A stretch of 34,174 bases of DNA, taken from the IMG/VR virus record IMGVR_UViG_3300033076_000503, positions 1 to 34,174 of that record; one strand, 5' to 3'. How positions within the stretch are numbered: the stretch's first letter is position 1; every line of letters starts with the position of its first letter. This DNA comes from a virus. Lineage: Duplodnaviria > Caudoviricetes. Under the pieces are notes generated by a model. That model did not search any database and was not told the DNA's origin. It saw only the letters and a program-made list of their open reading frames with translations. The position numbers and the translations under genes were made by a program. Below are positions 33,690-34,174 of the stretch, piece after piece.

Positions 33690-33807
33690 AGACGCGCGAG
33701 ACCTGACAGCATGGGTCGAGGATCATTCCTCCCAGTGAGACTAGACCCGGCTCCAATGCAACTATCGCCCGTGTTGGCGTGGCCATTGGTACAGGCTCGC
33801 GCGATCT
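33690..33807. ncRNA. Candidate ~118-nt three-way-junction RNA
   Basis: Closing stem CGCGCGAG-a-CCTG/CAGG-CTCGCGCG; arms GGGTC/GACCC and CCAATG/CATTGG; promoters on both sides. Confidence 0.65.
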
Positions 33808-33876
33808 ATTTCCCATACTAGCACTTTGCTCCATAAAACCATTCCGCAAAGTCCAGATGATTCCTGAAACTTTCTG

Positions 33877-33911
33877 TGGACAGACACAAGCGGTGGTGTT
33901 AGCATGTACTC
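33877..33911 (+). promoter_or_regulatory. Promoter TGGACA-N17-TAGCAT (extended -10), 6 nt before ATG 33912
   Basis: Same leaderless geometry as at 4863 and 4993. Confidence 0.65.
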
Positions 33912-34174
33912 ATGAGCAACGCATATGTCTGTCCCGTGTGTGGCGGTGTTGGAAAGGTGGCTGTCAATGGTTGGTGGCCATGCATTTCGTGTAACGGCAC
34001 TGGATGGCTCGCATATGGCACAACTTCAACAGCGAACGTCATGGGCAAGGAAAAAGACCCCGCAGCCGTAGCGCTTGGCCGGAAAGGTGGACAAGTAAAG
34101 TCTGAGCGAAAGCGTCAGGCGGCACTTGAACGCGAGGCCAAGAAGAAAACACGGCGCGAGGCTGAGAAGAAAGA
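33912..34174 (+). CDS. Protein with two CxxCxGxG motifs fused to a basic KDPAAVALGRKGG region; truncated by the window end, absent from the ORF track
   Basis: Hand translation MSNAYVCPVCGGVGKV...CISCNGTGW...KDPAAVALGRKGGQVKSERKRQAA...; no stop before the end. Confidence 0.8.
   Translation, partial: MSNAYVCPVCGGVGKVAVNGWWPCISCNGTGWLAYGTTSTANVMGKEKDPAAVALGRKGGQVKSERKRQAALEREAKKKTRREAEKK

Larger units (their letters stand above)
1..34174. mobile_element. Partial genome of a P22-like tailed phage/prophage (recombination, replication, packaging, head, short tail, ejection, tailspike modules)
   Basis: Gene order terS-terL-portal-scaffold-coat-gp4-like-gp10-like-ejection proteins-tailspike, plus a lambdoid-style divergent early region; no host housekeeping genes or att sites seen. 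Confidence 0.96.

Noticed and set aside
33676-33726. MILDPCC as a remnant of a DNA methyltransferase N-terminus
   Set aside because: Only 7 residues of similarity, the following Gly motif is missing and the frame closes after 16 codons
33690-33807. tRNA, SRP RNA or a known riboswitch
   Set aside because: No cloverleaf, GTTC T-loop or CCA end, no SRP helix-8 motif, and no recognisable aptamer consensus or downstream expression platform
33779-33994. 71-aa + strand ORF in the track
   Set aside because: It spans promoter and RNA elements; the overlapping frame from ATG 33912 has clear Zn-finger motifs and promoter geometry
1-34174. Stop-codon reassignment, introns or inteins in core genes
   Set aside because: terL, portal, coat and DnaB are uninterrupted and of expected length in the standard code; all three stop codons are used

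Overview
This window is about 34 kb of a tailed-phage (or prophage) genome with a P22-like (podovirus) morphogenesis module. From left to right: (1) a leftward early operon of small ORFs, SSB, a NinB-like protein, a PD-(D/E)xK exonuclease and a Sak4/AAA_24 ATPase, headed by a ribbon-helix-helix regulator; (2) a divergent pair of near-mirror leaderless promoters (4861-4995); (3) a rightward operon with an HNH-AP2 nuclease, YopX, a replication initiator carrying iterons and preceded by a C4/CI-like structured RNA, DnaB, and many small Zn-binding ORFs; (4) terS, terL, portal, scaffold, P22-type coat, gp4-, gp10- and ejection-like genes, and a tailspike with 20 x 17-aa repeats and an S74 chaperone domain; (5) a glycosyltransferase, an antisense beta-barrel-like moron, membrane or holin-like genes, and a ~118-nt structured element bracketed by convergent promoters. 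The SSB looks spirochaete-like, which suggests a Spirochaetota host (inference). No integrase, CI-type repressor, endolysin, tRNA or CRISPR array is recognisable. The most striking signals are non-coding: the convergently transcribed RNA whose loop matches two early-gene start sites, the loop-loop C4-like RNA ahead of the initiator, the recurrent leaderless promoters and a shared intergenic motif. All family assignments come from motif recognition and synteny; no database searches were run.
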